Source: Rhizophagus irregularis (Eukaryota). Taken from it: 64,000 bases of DNA. Positions 39,613 to 51,775 of this stretch are shown piece by piece (the stretch's first letter is position 1; each line of letters begins with the position of its first letter). The stretch lies in NCBI RefSeq assembly GCF_026210795.1, contig NC_089434.1, forward strand, positions 62,001-126,000. The letters are read 5' to 3'. The notes beneath the pieces were generated by a model. It did not search any database, was not told where the DNA came from, and was given only the letters and a program-made list of their open reading frames with translations. Both the position numbers and the translations under genes were made by a program.

Positions 39613-40128
39613 CATCAGGAAATTTGTTTAGGTGTAATTTAGTGTAATATTTCGGAGGTAGTGTAAAATTTCGAAATATTACACTAAAAACGTAATATTA
39701 CAAAAGTTTACGCTTTTAAATTTGAATAATAATAGTAATTTAAGAATATCTCGCTATCTACTGATCCAATCAAGACGATCTATAGCTCATTGGAATCAGC
39801 TCATCAAGACGAATCGAAAGGTAGTAAAATCATATTTCTACATTTGATAGATGACTTCTATTAATTTAAAACTTTATTGCATACTATAGAGCGTTCTATC
39901 AACTGTAGAAATGTGATTTTACTACCATTCGATTCGTCTTGATGAGCTGATTCCAATGAGCTATAGATCGTCTTGATTGGATCAGTAGATAGCAAGATAT
40001 TCTTACTATAATTATTCAAATTTAAAAGCATAAACTTTTGTAATATTACGTTTTTAGTGTAATATTTCGAAATTTTACACCACCTTCGAAATATTACACT
40101 AAATTACGCCTAAACAAATTTCCTGATG
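39613..40128. mobile_element. Fold-back MITE of the CATCAGG family
   Basis: Near-perfect ~240-bp inverted arms starting catcaggaaattt; 2-bp TSD GA. Confidence 0.92.
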
Positions 40129-40619
40129 GAGTATTTATTTTCCCACTCATTAATAATTTTGGGAAGTTTCTCGTTAGAAACAGTATATATATTTTCACCA
40201 ATACTTGAATCATATATAATATTACCATTTTCTAAAGCCTTTTTTAATGACTCTTCCATTTTAAAACAAAAACTTGTAATTATGAGATGAATAAGATCCC
40301 ATTATATATTTAAAACAGTGGCACGTGAAATATATGCGATATCAGCATAGCGGACATCCTTCATTTTATCACAATTTTAACAATCATTTGACGATCATTT
40401 GTCGATTACTTATTCAATCTTATCACGTAAAGTAAATGCCGTTATTTATAAATTTTGCATAATAATAAATAATAATATATGCTTAAATTTTGCAAATAAA
40501 CTTAATTTTTTAATTTTTAAATATTAAATTGTATTAAAATTGTATTATTATTGAATAATTTGCATATAGAAAACTTTTTAAATTTAATAAAATTGCAAAA
40601 TTAATTTATTATTATAAAA

Positions 40620-41381
40620 TTTAATACAGGAGCTTGAATTAATTATTTATATTTTGTTTTAGTTTTCTAAAAAATTAATAAAATTAGCAAAATCTGTTTA
40701 ATTATATTGTACTATCATAATTTAACCATGTTTGATCTAATATTTCAGGTTTTTCATTATCTTTTAATGGTGTTAGTAATCTTTTTTTTAAACTAATAAT
40801 ATTTTTTTCAATATTTGAAGATAAATAACTAAAACAATGCTCACAATTATCTTTCAATAAATTTAAGCATTGTTTATGATAAGCATGCTATGTTCACATG
40901 TTAAAATAATATCATCAGATAGTAAACTTAAATTATTATCAGATAATAAACAATTCTTTGCATTACAAAATTTATTATCAGAAGGTTTAGTTTCTGTATT
41001 CCAAGCTAATGGTAAAACTTTTACATTAACATTAATATTAAAGGTTGAAAGACTGAAATTTGGATATTTTTTTCTATTAATTTGTTATACATTTCCTATG
41101 TTATGATATATATTATTAAAGAGAGATAATAAAAATAATGAAACCTTTTTTTCTAAATAATCCAATTTAATATGAATAATAGTTAGATTTCTTGAGTTAA
41201 CAAAAGCATTTTTAAAAGAAAAATTATTGGTTCTTTTAACATCAATAATTTTTGCTTTTTGAATAATTCGTTGTGCAGAATTTGATTCAGCTGTTTGATT
41301 TCTAATAGAACTATAAAAATTTTCAACAAAATAATCATTAAAAATTGGCAAATTATCCTTTAAAATATTAATTATTGGATG
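40620..41381 (-). pseudogene. Degenerate TE-like coding fragment
   Basis: ORF 41085-41351 FNDYFVENFYSSIRNQT; cut at 41382 by a taaggttgc MITE end. Confidence 0.35.
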
Positions 41382-41590
41382 TAAGGTTGCTTGCCAGAAC
41401 CTGTTTGGTTTAATGCCAAAAGGTGAAACCTCTTATATAATGCCAAAATACTGAAACACCAAAACTGCGAAATCTATCAAAATTGCGAAACTGCTGAAAC
41501 ATGCTGAAACCTCTATAATAGGTTTCTCCGTAATTTTGGCATAGTTGATCATAAGATTTGCATATAGTTACGCCAAGTTACACCAATTAA
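41382..41590. mobile_element. Truncated hAT-type MITE (taaggttgc family)
   Basis: Starts taaggttgcttgccagaacc, like the 47572 element; right TIR not found. Confidence 0.55.
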
Positions 41591-42499
41591 TAATATAATT
41601 TAGATGATCAAATATTTTACCGTTGTCTTAGTTCTTTTAAGCTTTATCTAGTGTTAGAATTTTCATTTCTAACTCCCATATTAATATTATAATATTAAAC
41701 GTTTTTGCAGTTTTTTTTAAGGGGCTTATATTCATTAAAGGAAAATGCGTAACATGCATTTAATAAACCCAATTCCATCATCTCCTTTAATACTAAACTA
41801 AAGTTTCTTTTACTTTCTTCCATTTTCTTAATAATAAAATTAATAATAAACTGTTTCAAATGACTGATCATATAGAAGATTCACCCATTAAAAAGAAAAA
41901 TAGAGCACTTGTCAGAATAGTCCATTTTGTCCAAATTTCAAATTGACGAATGTTGGACAAAAGTTGGTCTAAATTCGGCCGATCATTGCCAAAAAAATTG
42001 TCAAAGTTATTATGGACGATTTGCACAGTTCACCTGCCACTTGACAATCACAAATTGGCAAAAATTTATTAAAAAATTGGAAATAAACTATTCGTCAACT
42101 TTTACTAGACATTCGTACAAATTTTAAATTGCCAAATGTTAGATGAAATTAAGTCTAATTTTGTCTAATTGTTAATGATTTTATGTATTTAGCTTATTTT
42201 TAATTTTGTAATAACAATCAATTGATTAAATTTTATTATTTCGCTTTATTAAAATTACATATTAAAAATTATCATATTAAATATCTAATATCTATATTTT
42301 ACAGTATCTGTCTATTTACACCTACCATCTACCATTTACCATTTACCATTTACCATTTACCATCTATTGTCAACCATCGTCAACCATCCTTCACATCCAT
42401 CGTCTACTACCCATCATCTACCATCCATCATCTACCATCATCCATCATCATCCACTCATCCAAAATTATCTACGACTTACTCTATCTGACAAAGTATGA

Positions 42500-44700
42500 A
42501 AGAGAAACCTACAAAAAAAAAATAAAGAAACGGTTAGTAAACCATTATTATTACAATAAAAAAAGGTCAAAGTTTTGAAGATTCAAAACCTACCCATTCA
42601 ATAGAAGTCCAAAGGAAAATCTACAAAAAAAAATAAAGAAATGGTTAGTAAACCAATTCTTTAATAAAAAAAAATTTAAGTTTTGAAATATTTCGAAACT
42701 TACCCAACTAAAAATCTGAAGTGGAAACTTACCCATATATCCAAAATCCAACTGAAAGCCGAAACCTACAAAATAGAAAAAAAAAATTAAAAATTATTCT
42801 TTAAAGAGTTTCGATTCTTTCACTTCAAAACTTACCTATATATCTAACGTCCAATAATCGAAAGCCAAAACCTACAAAATAGAAGAAAAAAATATTAAAA
42901 AAAAATACTTTTTTTAAAAAAAAGTTTCGAAGTTTTAACTTCGAAACTTACCCATATATCTAACGCCCAATAATCAAAAGCCAAAATCTACAAAATTGAA
43001 GATAAAAAATTTAAAATATTAAAAAAAATATTTTTTTAAAATAAAAGTTTTGAAGTTTCACTTCGAAACTTATCCATATATCCAACGCCCAATAATCGAA
43101 AGCCAAAATTTACAAAATTGAAGATAAAAATATTAAAAAAATACTTTTTAAAAGAAAGTTTTGAAGTTTTAACTTCGAAACTTACCCTTATATCCAAAGC
43201 CTAAGAACCAAAAGTCGAAACCTACAAAATAGAAAAAAAAATTAAAAAAATTATTCTTTAAAGAGTTTCGATTCTTTCACTTTGAAACTCACCTATATAT
43301 CTAAAATCCAACTAAAAGTTGAAACCAACAAATAGAAAAAGAAAATTAAAATAAAATTAAAAAAGTAATTTTTTTTTAAAATAAGTTTCGAAGTTTCACT
43401 TCGAAACTTACCCATATATTCAAAGCCCAAGAATCGAAAGTCAAAACCTACAAAATAGAAGAAAAAAAAATTAAAAACATTTAATAATTTTTTTTAAAAA
43501 AAGTTTTGAAGTTTTCACTCCAAAACTCACTCATATATCTAAAGCCCTATAACTGAAAGAACCTACAAAATATAAGAAAGAAAAAATTACAAAAAATAGT
43601 TTTTTTTAGAGTTTCGAATTTTTTACTCCGAAACTCACCTATATATATAACAATTTTTTTAAAAAAAGTTTCAAAGTTTTCACTTCGAAACTTCATATAT
43701 CCAAAGCCCAAGAACTAAGAATGGTCATCGGTCCTACCGGTCCTACTCGGTCCTGGACCGGTCAGTCCCAGGACTTGTAAGACCGGACCGCGGTCTTGCA
43801 TTTTTTTGTGGCGCAGTAGGACCGGTCCTGAGGACCGACTAGTCCTCATACCGGTCTTCATATAATAAATGAGTTTTATATTGAATAAACCTATTAATCT
43901 GATAAAGGTCTTCATAAAATAATATAAAGACTGGCTATTTCCAAACCAATAAATAATGACAATCACTCTTCCCACTTGTAGAGTTTCTTGTCAAAACGCT
44001 GAAACTCCGAAACTCCAAAAAAAGCGTTTAAGCAGAATATCTCGTCATCCAGTGATCATAAAAGGATGAAACTACCACCATTCGAATCGTCTCAGCGAGA
44101 CGCGTCGAATGGTGACTAAATCATGTTTCTAGAATCGATAGATAGTCAGTAATTATTGAATTTATTATCAAATAGTTTTGCCGACGTAATTTTTTTTATC
44201 GATTCTAAAATCATGATTTTGATACCATTCGACACGCCGTAGCGAGACGATTCGAATGGTGGTAAAATCATCCTTTTATAATCACTGGATAGCGAGATAT
44301 TGCGTTTTGAAGTATTTTTTCTCAAAGCTTTAAATTTTGCATGACGTTGTGATGATATCCAGGTGATTTGTAAAAAAAAAATTTATATTAAAAATCATTC
44401 CAATTAGTGTTCATTTATAAAATAAGGCTATTCCTAATAAAGTTAGGGAAGAAAATCTTTTTTTATTTGCAAAAAAAGAAAAAAGACTGATCGGTCTTAA
44501 AAAGACTGCGGTCCTTAAAAAGACCGACGGTCTTATTATATGTGATACAGGATCGAAAGACCATGGTCCTACACTAAGACGGACTGGTCCGTCTTTTTAT
44601 GGTGTAGGATCGTAGGACCGCGGTCTTCTAGGACCGATGACCATCTTTACCAAGAACTGAAAACTGAAACCTACAAAATAAAAAAATATAAATAAAAAAT
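42500..44700. repeat. ~115-bp tandem satellite, interrupted by a hAT MITE
   Basis: Repeated cgaaacttacccatatatc..aaacctacaaaatagaa units; the unit resumes after 44657. Confidence 0.85.
43716..44649. mobile_element. hAT-type MITE
   Basis: TIR taagaatggtcatcggtcc / revcomp taaagatggtcatcggtcc; 8-bp TSD ccaagaac; ggacc/ggtcc subterminal repeats; central palindrome. Confidence 0.92.
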
Positions 44701-45738
44701 TTTTTTTTCCTATTAACGCCAATAGAAGAATAAGGGTGAAAGAAAGAAAAAGAACGAAATAAGGGAGGGAAATAACGAAATAAGGGAGAGGAAAAAAGGG
44801 AGAAAGAAATAGATAGGGATGAAGGATCCACATTAAAAAAACATGCTTTTTTTTAATTTAATCTGGATAATCTCACGTTAAAGATAGTGCCGCAAATAGG
44901 TAATTGCAGCAAATAATCTGTAATTGCGGATAAATTGCAGAATCGCAAAAAAATATACAATTTTAAACTTATTAATCGAAAATGATTATTTCTTATCATT
45001 AAAGTAAAAGAAAAAAATCGTTTTTCATTAATAATTTTTAAAAAAGAACGATTTTTTTTAAAAAAAAACAAATCAGCCGGTCAATTTGACGGTTATTGAT
45101 AGTCCAGCTGATTTGATTTTTTTAATATTCAGTCATAACAAATATTGGATAATCCATCAAATTATCCAGCCAAAACACCTTTTTTTGGTTTTTTTTTTAT
45201 GTATTAATTAATTTAAAAATGATATATACAGTATATTAAATATTAATATTTTTATATTAATTAAATTAAAAAGATAAAAAAAGATAAAAAAAGGCGATTT
45301 GGCCAGAAAATTCGATGGATATTGGATAATCTGTCAAATTATCTGGCTGAATTTGGATTTCTTTATTTGTGAAAATGCATTTTTTTACCAATTCAAATGC
45401 AAATATGATAGAAACTGTCAGTAAAATGTGTTTATAATAATACCACAGTTCCACATTTGCAGACTAATTGCGAAATTGCGCAATTGATTGTCAATATTAT
45501 TGATATTAATTAATTAAAAATTTGGTTAAAAATCGTCAAAAAAGTTTTAAGTCGATTGTCATTGTTAATAAAAAATTGATAAAAAAAAGTATTGGTCGAT
45601 TTATGATTTTTTTTATATTACAACTCAACCAAAAATCGACTAAAAATCTTTATGCCAAACTTTTATGATTAGCCGAATGTGTGACAAATCACGTGATGAC
45701 GATGATGAACTTTGACGAAAGGTATTAATACCGAAAAA

Positions 45739-46170
45739 ATGATTTCAACCAGTAGAGGTCGGCCACCTAATAGCATTTGGGAAGATATTAATAAAGGAAA
45801 AGCTATTAGTTCTAACAAATTTGCCGTCTTCTGCAAGTACTGTAAAAATACATGATCACGCAATGAAGTTTTAAAGCTCAAAGAGCATCTTTTAAACTAT
45901 TGTCCAGATGCGCTAGTAGTAGTTGTTAGAAGGTATATGACTAAAGTAATGGAACGGTAAGATAAATCCAAGTCATTCAAAAAAAGAAAATACTCTGAAA
46001 GTCAAAGTAATATGGATGATTACCATGATTTAACAGAGCTTAACAAACAAAGATGTATATGAATTAATCGTGTATTAGTTAAATTTTTATTGCGTGCAGA
46101 ATTGCGTTTAAAATAGTGGAACATCCCTTTTTCATCAATTTTATAAAAGATCTTAATGCTAGATACAATA
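45739..46170 (+). pseudogene. 5' fragment of a BED-zinc-finger hAT transposase
   Basis: RGRPPNSIWEDI..FAVFCKYC..LKEHLLNYCPDA then IAFKIVEHPFFINFIKDLN; truncated at ~46170. Confidence 0.75.
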
Positions 46171-48120
46171 CACTATACTAGTCGTAATAAGAAATTTCAG
46201 AAATGTGACTTTTGGCTAGGTTTCAGAATAAATTTCAGCCAATATTTATCTGAATTCAATTTCAGCTTAATTTCGACTCACATGATTTCCGAAATTCTTT
46301 TCTGAAGTTTTTCTGAAGTTCTTCTGAAGTTCTGATTTTTCGAAGTTCCAATATTTATATAAAACTCAGTTTCCAAAATTTATTATGAATAAGTGGTACT
46401 TATGTATAACTCAAAAAAAGAATTTATGTAAAATCCAATAAAAAGCAACAACTTGTCAAATTTTGACTAACAAAAATGAAAATTTATTATTATTATTTTT
46501 AACGAATGTTAAATTTTCTATTAATAGGATTTACAGCCAAATATTCTCTCGCATTTTTCCTATCCAAAATTTTAGCACAAATCTACTGAGAATATTATGC
46601 ACTGGAATTATGCAATCTCAACCTTTAGAATAAACTTCAGTACCCCAAAGTTTGACATTGCAAATTTCATCATTTTCAATACTGAAATAATAACAAGAAT
46701 TCACTAGTTGATACCATTGAATGAATGCCAAATTATGTTCCAATTCTCCATCTGGTAAGTCAACCTTGTGGGAAAAAAAGAATTGAACTTGTCCAGGATA
46801 ACAATTGACGCTACCATTTTATGTTATAAATTTGGCTAAAACATATGAGTTCTTTACATGATGAGTTGACATATTTGACCTAAATGTCTCTGAACTGATT
46901 CTGCATCTACTGAACTGTTTCATTTTGACGGGAATGATCCTTGAATTCTCATGGCCTTTTCTGAATGGCTTTTGAAACTCAAGTGTTTTATAAGTCACCA
47001 AATAGTATTCAACCAGTAAATCAAGCATTAAATTTGACATTACTACATTTTCAGAGGTAGGACCCAACATTTCACCTGAAAACGACTCGCTTTCAGTGAC
47101 TATTGATTGTTAAATATTCTGTGAATTCAACTAAAATCGTTCCATTTCATCAGCTGAAAACTCATCAGCCTCTGCTAAGGAACCAACAAACGCTCGGTTG
47201 TAGAAAAGTTTTAATTCCTTTACATTTTCTCCAGAATTTATAATACTATCAATGTGGATATCAGCCATCATTCGTCACATAATTTCTGGTTCTATTTTCC
47301 TATAACTGTTCAGTAAGGTGCCTAAAATTTAAAATTACGATTATGCATAAATTAAGAATAAGAATATTAAACCTAAATAAATAGTTATAGTTTACCTAAT
47401 ATACCGTTCATATGTTCGAAGGAAAAACACCAGAATGCGTATAAAGATCCAAAATCATATGTACATTCACTCAAATAAAGTGAAAGATGAAGATTAGGAG
47501 TAATTTCATCTTGTCCATAATGTTTCTCAATCAACTTCACAATTTCAATCAATCTCTCATGTGATTCTCTCTAAGGTTGCTTGCCGAAACCTAGAGGTTT
47601 AGGCAAGATGGCGTTTCACCGAAAAGCGAAATTCTGCCAAAACTATATTAAAGTTATATTAAAAAACTGGCGAAACTTTGGAGAAAGGCAAAACTGCCAA
47701 AACTTATTATAAATGCCGAAACTGCCAAAACTCTGCCAAAACTATAATAAATCTATAGTAAAATTTTGACGAAACTAATTGTAGGATTTTGAAGAGGTTT
47801 AGACAAGCAACCTTAATTCTCTCACAGCATTAAATTCTAAAATTCGATTTACGAAAACTGTACAAACTTTTACAAAATGATGAAGAATTTTCCGATCATG
47901 TACCAAAAGGTGACTCCATAGCAATACCATAGCGTAAATTGTGAAAAAGATTCACCATTGATCTGCTGTAAAATTTGAAAATCCTTCTTCACAATGGATT
48001 TTACCAGGAATTCGTCCCAAATCAGATGGAATCTGAAACTCATCCATTTTTTTGAATTTTTATAAACGATTGTTAGTTCAAAATTCCTTCATCAACCCAA
48101 ATTCTTTTCACTATCCATCT
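46171..48120 (-). mobile_element. 3' part of a third CACTA element with transposase remnant (46500-48120)
   Basis: Candidate terminus cacta.. at 46171 with ttctgaa repeats. Translation IPSDLGRIPGKI..FSNFTADQW, PNLHLSL, FWCFSFEHMNGILG, YPGQVQFFF. Confidence 0.75.
47572..47815. mobile_element. hAT-type MITE (taaggttgc family) inside the CACTA transposase
   Basis: TIR taaggttgcttg / caagcaacctta; 8-bp TSD attctctc. Confidence 0.93.
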
Positions 48121-48149
48121 ATATAAACCTCAATAGAAATATATGATAA

Positions 48150-51100
48150 ATTATCCAAAAATTCTACTGGTTTTTCAACCCATGCATGTCATTGTCCACA
48201 TTTTTCATTAAAAATCCGTTTTTGCATAAGGATAAATGTGGCCAGACCAAGGTCTATTACTAAATAAATAATAATTATTAACAAATAAAATTATTTTTTA
48301 CAATATAAAATAAAAAAATTTTTTACCTAATGTATTGTTAGATAATGTTTTTAGTCTTTTTCTTATTATCTGCCATTATTTCAGTAATAAGTTTATTTAT
48401 AACATTTTCATTAATTTTATTATTATTTTCATCTATTGTAGTTTGATGCAAATGATTGTAATTAGCTTTTAAATTGCGTGAAAATGCTTCATGACTTTGA
48501 CGAATTTGTAAAAGAGTTGGATATTTAAAATATCATCTGTAAAAAGTTGTTTAAATGGATGAAAGGAAGCAGGAATAGGTTGAGGATGATGAATGATATA
48601 TTGAATATCGGGAACTTTCCAACTGATGGTAATTCTTGTGTTATTTCTACTTCTTCATAATCGTCTAAATTTTCATCTTCATGTAACTGACTATTTTCAT
48701 TTTGTGGATCTGATAATATACGTGTTATTTCTAGGGCTGTATTACCAGCTGTAAATGAATGGTTTAAACCAGTTTCAGGTATAGTGTTATGTAGTAATTA
48801 TTTATTATATTTAATTAATTATTTAGTAAATGTAATATATATAACTCGTCACTTTCAACATCATCATCCGTCATTCTTCTTTGAAGGTTCTTCACGTCTA
48901 TCTATATGAATATATTTTGCTAATGATGTAGCTCCATCAAACGCAACTCTAGCACATTCTTGTATATCATCAGTGGTAGGCTATGTGCGAATTCTTTCGA
49001 TTATCTCATGTGGAAGTGATGTACCATCTATATCAAAAATGTAACCTGAAAAAGTATTTTTATTAATTATTTGATGAAGTATTTTAAATAAGAAAATGAA
49101 TTTCAAATTACCTGCTGCAGAATTTCGTTCTCTATTGGTATCAATTATTCCTGCTCGTGAAATTTTATCACGATATGAAACTCTTTGTTGTATTTTAAAA
49201 AACTTGTAAAAATTAAAATCAGGAAGTATTCTTCGTGAAATTCCAAATACATGCTCTAATGCTTCATCAGTTCCATGTTCCCATAGAAATAAAGGAAATT
49301 GTGAATATATTCACGGTGTGCTATTACAAGCATTACCAGGGATTCTACCATACTAATAAAAATATCATAACTTTGAATTGAAATAAAATTTTTTTGTAAA
49401 CTATACCATTTTGTTGAATATTGAATACTACAATGTTCAATATAATTTTTCCATATGTTTTAAAAAAAATAAGCACGTAATACCATTTCAATCCGTGTTT
49501 TGTGATCAATTGTCCTATTTAAATAAGCATCACATAATTCTCCTAAGATAAAAATAAATAAATTAATTATTTAAAATTAGATTAAATATATATATATAAT
49601 TATATGTATAAATTACCTAATATAAATAAATATACAAAAAGTCCAATGTAAAGTACCATTAACCAGAATTTGCATGAGACTATTTAAATGAAAAGTACGT
49701 AAAAAAGCACCGTCGTCTTGTTTATCAACATTAAAACATCACGTTTCAAAAGAAAATGTTGTGACTGATGTGCTAATTCAAAAAAGTTGAACATAACGTA
49801 CAGTTTCAATTCCAGGTGATAAAAGTTTTACTCCAGAAAATATCTGATTCCTAACCCTTTTTTAGCATGCTTGAGATCTTGAATTCTAATAAATGGGTTA
49901 CCATTATACATTGGTGCCTTAAAGTGAATTTTATAAAAGAAATCTTTATATTCAAGAAAATTTGATGGTTCATTCATAATAATTGACTGTGCATTAAACT
50001 CTGATCTAGCACCATCAGCTCCAAAACTTAAAATATTCAAGTTCGCAATATGTGATATTTCAATTACTTGACGCATTAAGTATGCAATTTATTCAGCCCC
50101 TTCATTACCCTTTGTAGGAATCATTGCTCAGTAGGAACCTAGATAAAATAAATAATAATTAATCTGATTTTTAATTAAAAAATTGTAAATTTTAATGACT
50201 AACCTTTAATGCTATAGCACGAACTTGCGTAGCAATTACATTATTCTCTAATATATAATTGATTTTAGGATGTATATCTTCAAGTACTTTAATACTTATT
50301 TTGGAATATAGTAAAGCTGATCCAGCAATGTAATTAAGTTCTTCAGCATATACAAGTTTTTCTCGTAATTTGGTAGAATCTGTCATAACTATAATTGGCC
50401 CATTCCATTTAATGCTTGATACAATTTATGAAAATTTCATAAAGTTTTCTAATACTAAATCAGGATTAGTAATTATAATGATGAATTTGTCTGTTTTAGA
50501 AAATTAATAAATTATCAACTTGTATATTTGTGATATAAAGTATTTAGACAATGAACTATAATTACCGAATTCTTTGAACTGAAAGTCCAGCAAAGGCCTT
50601 CCTAAAAATTTCATATTCCCGGCTGCTTTCAGATAATAAACTAAAAAAATGCATTAAATGTTCAGAATACCGAAGTCCCATTAATTAAGCTTTGCCCTTT
50701 AATTTTTTTTTCTTTGATTTGTACCATTAAGGCTACAAGTTCAGTAAAAGTACCATCTCCATTAAATGCTCCTTAAACCAAGTTGAGCTAATTTGTCCAA
50801 AAATTAACACCATTAGCTTCATTACTTGCAGCAGCCCAAATTTGCTGTAAATTAGAATTTTTAAGGAGATTTAATAATGGTTCGTTATAATAATGCCGAG
50901 GACCCCTTAATTCTTCACATTTATCACATATAGCATTTTTATTCTTTGTTTTTTTTTCACATTACATATGATATATTGCTATAGCTTCTTTATCCAAACG
51001 CCAAGTTGCTTCAGATTCTAATGCTTTTTCAAATTCTTTTAGTTGGATTTCTCGAAAATGGAGTTTTGTCTGGAAATTTCTCTGGAAAAAGTTGTTTTAC

Positions 51101-51320
51101 CACAACTTCCGGTTTTTTACCACCGCCGAAGCTAGCAGGACTATTTATAACATAATTAACATGTCAAAGACTTTGACACAGAGATTTATTTTTTGGAAAA
51201 TACATTGTTTAATTACAATTTTTGCTTTGAGAATGTCTTTGAAAATTAGCAACTTTGATAGGTGGCTCCAAGCGAAACAATTTTACCACATTCACAGAGA
51301 ACTTTTTTGTCACTAATAAA
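48150..51320 (-). pseudogene. P-element-like DDE transposase pseudogene, copy A
   Basis: VLCECGK; MTDSTKL; SFGADGA; IQDLKHAKK; VDKQDD; WEHGTDEALEHVFGISRR. Collinear with 56700-62600. Introns and stops. Confidence 0.65.
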
Positions 51321-51775
51321 TTTTTTAAAGTTATTAAAAGAGGTCGGCTTTGACGTGAATCGTAATCGTAAGGGGGTGACTTATTTATAAAATCTTTGTT
51401 ACACTAATTTTAATATGATGAACCTGTCCTTAACGTGGGGATGTCGTACAAACTGGCCCGAGTTTAGGAGTTATGCACTTACACGTGATAGCGTTAACGT
51501 TAATTCCGGCCAGTTTGTACGTTAATATCGTACACCCTCACTGTACATTAAGGACCTCGAACCTAAAGTATTAATTAATGCGAATCTCCTCTTTATAAAA
51601 ATCCAACTCCCCCAAAAAAAGCACTGGTTGGCCGGCATTGTGCGGAATTATGCACTGTCACGTAAACAGTTGTGTGAAAAGCACGTCTGAAATCTGTGAC
51701 GAATTGTAAATTTTTTTTTAATAAAATATAGCTAAATAAATATTATTTAAATGATATTAAATAAATATATATTTT

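Noticed and set aside
41907..45371. Possible CAC...GTG element around the 115-bp satellite
   Set aside because: Candidate ends do not match each other and there is no TSD.
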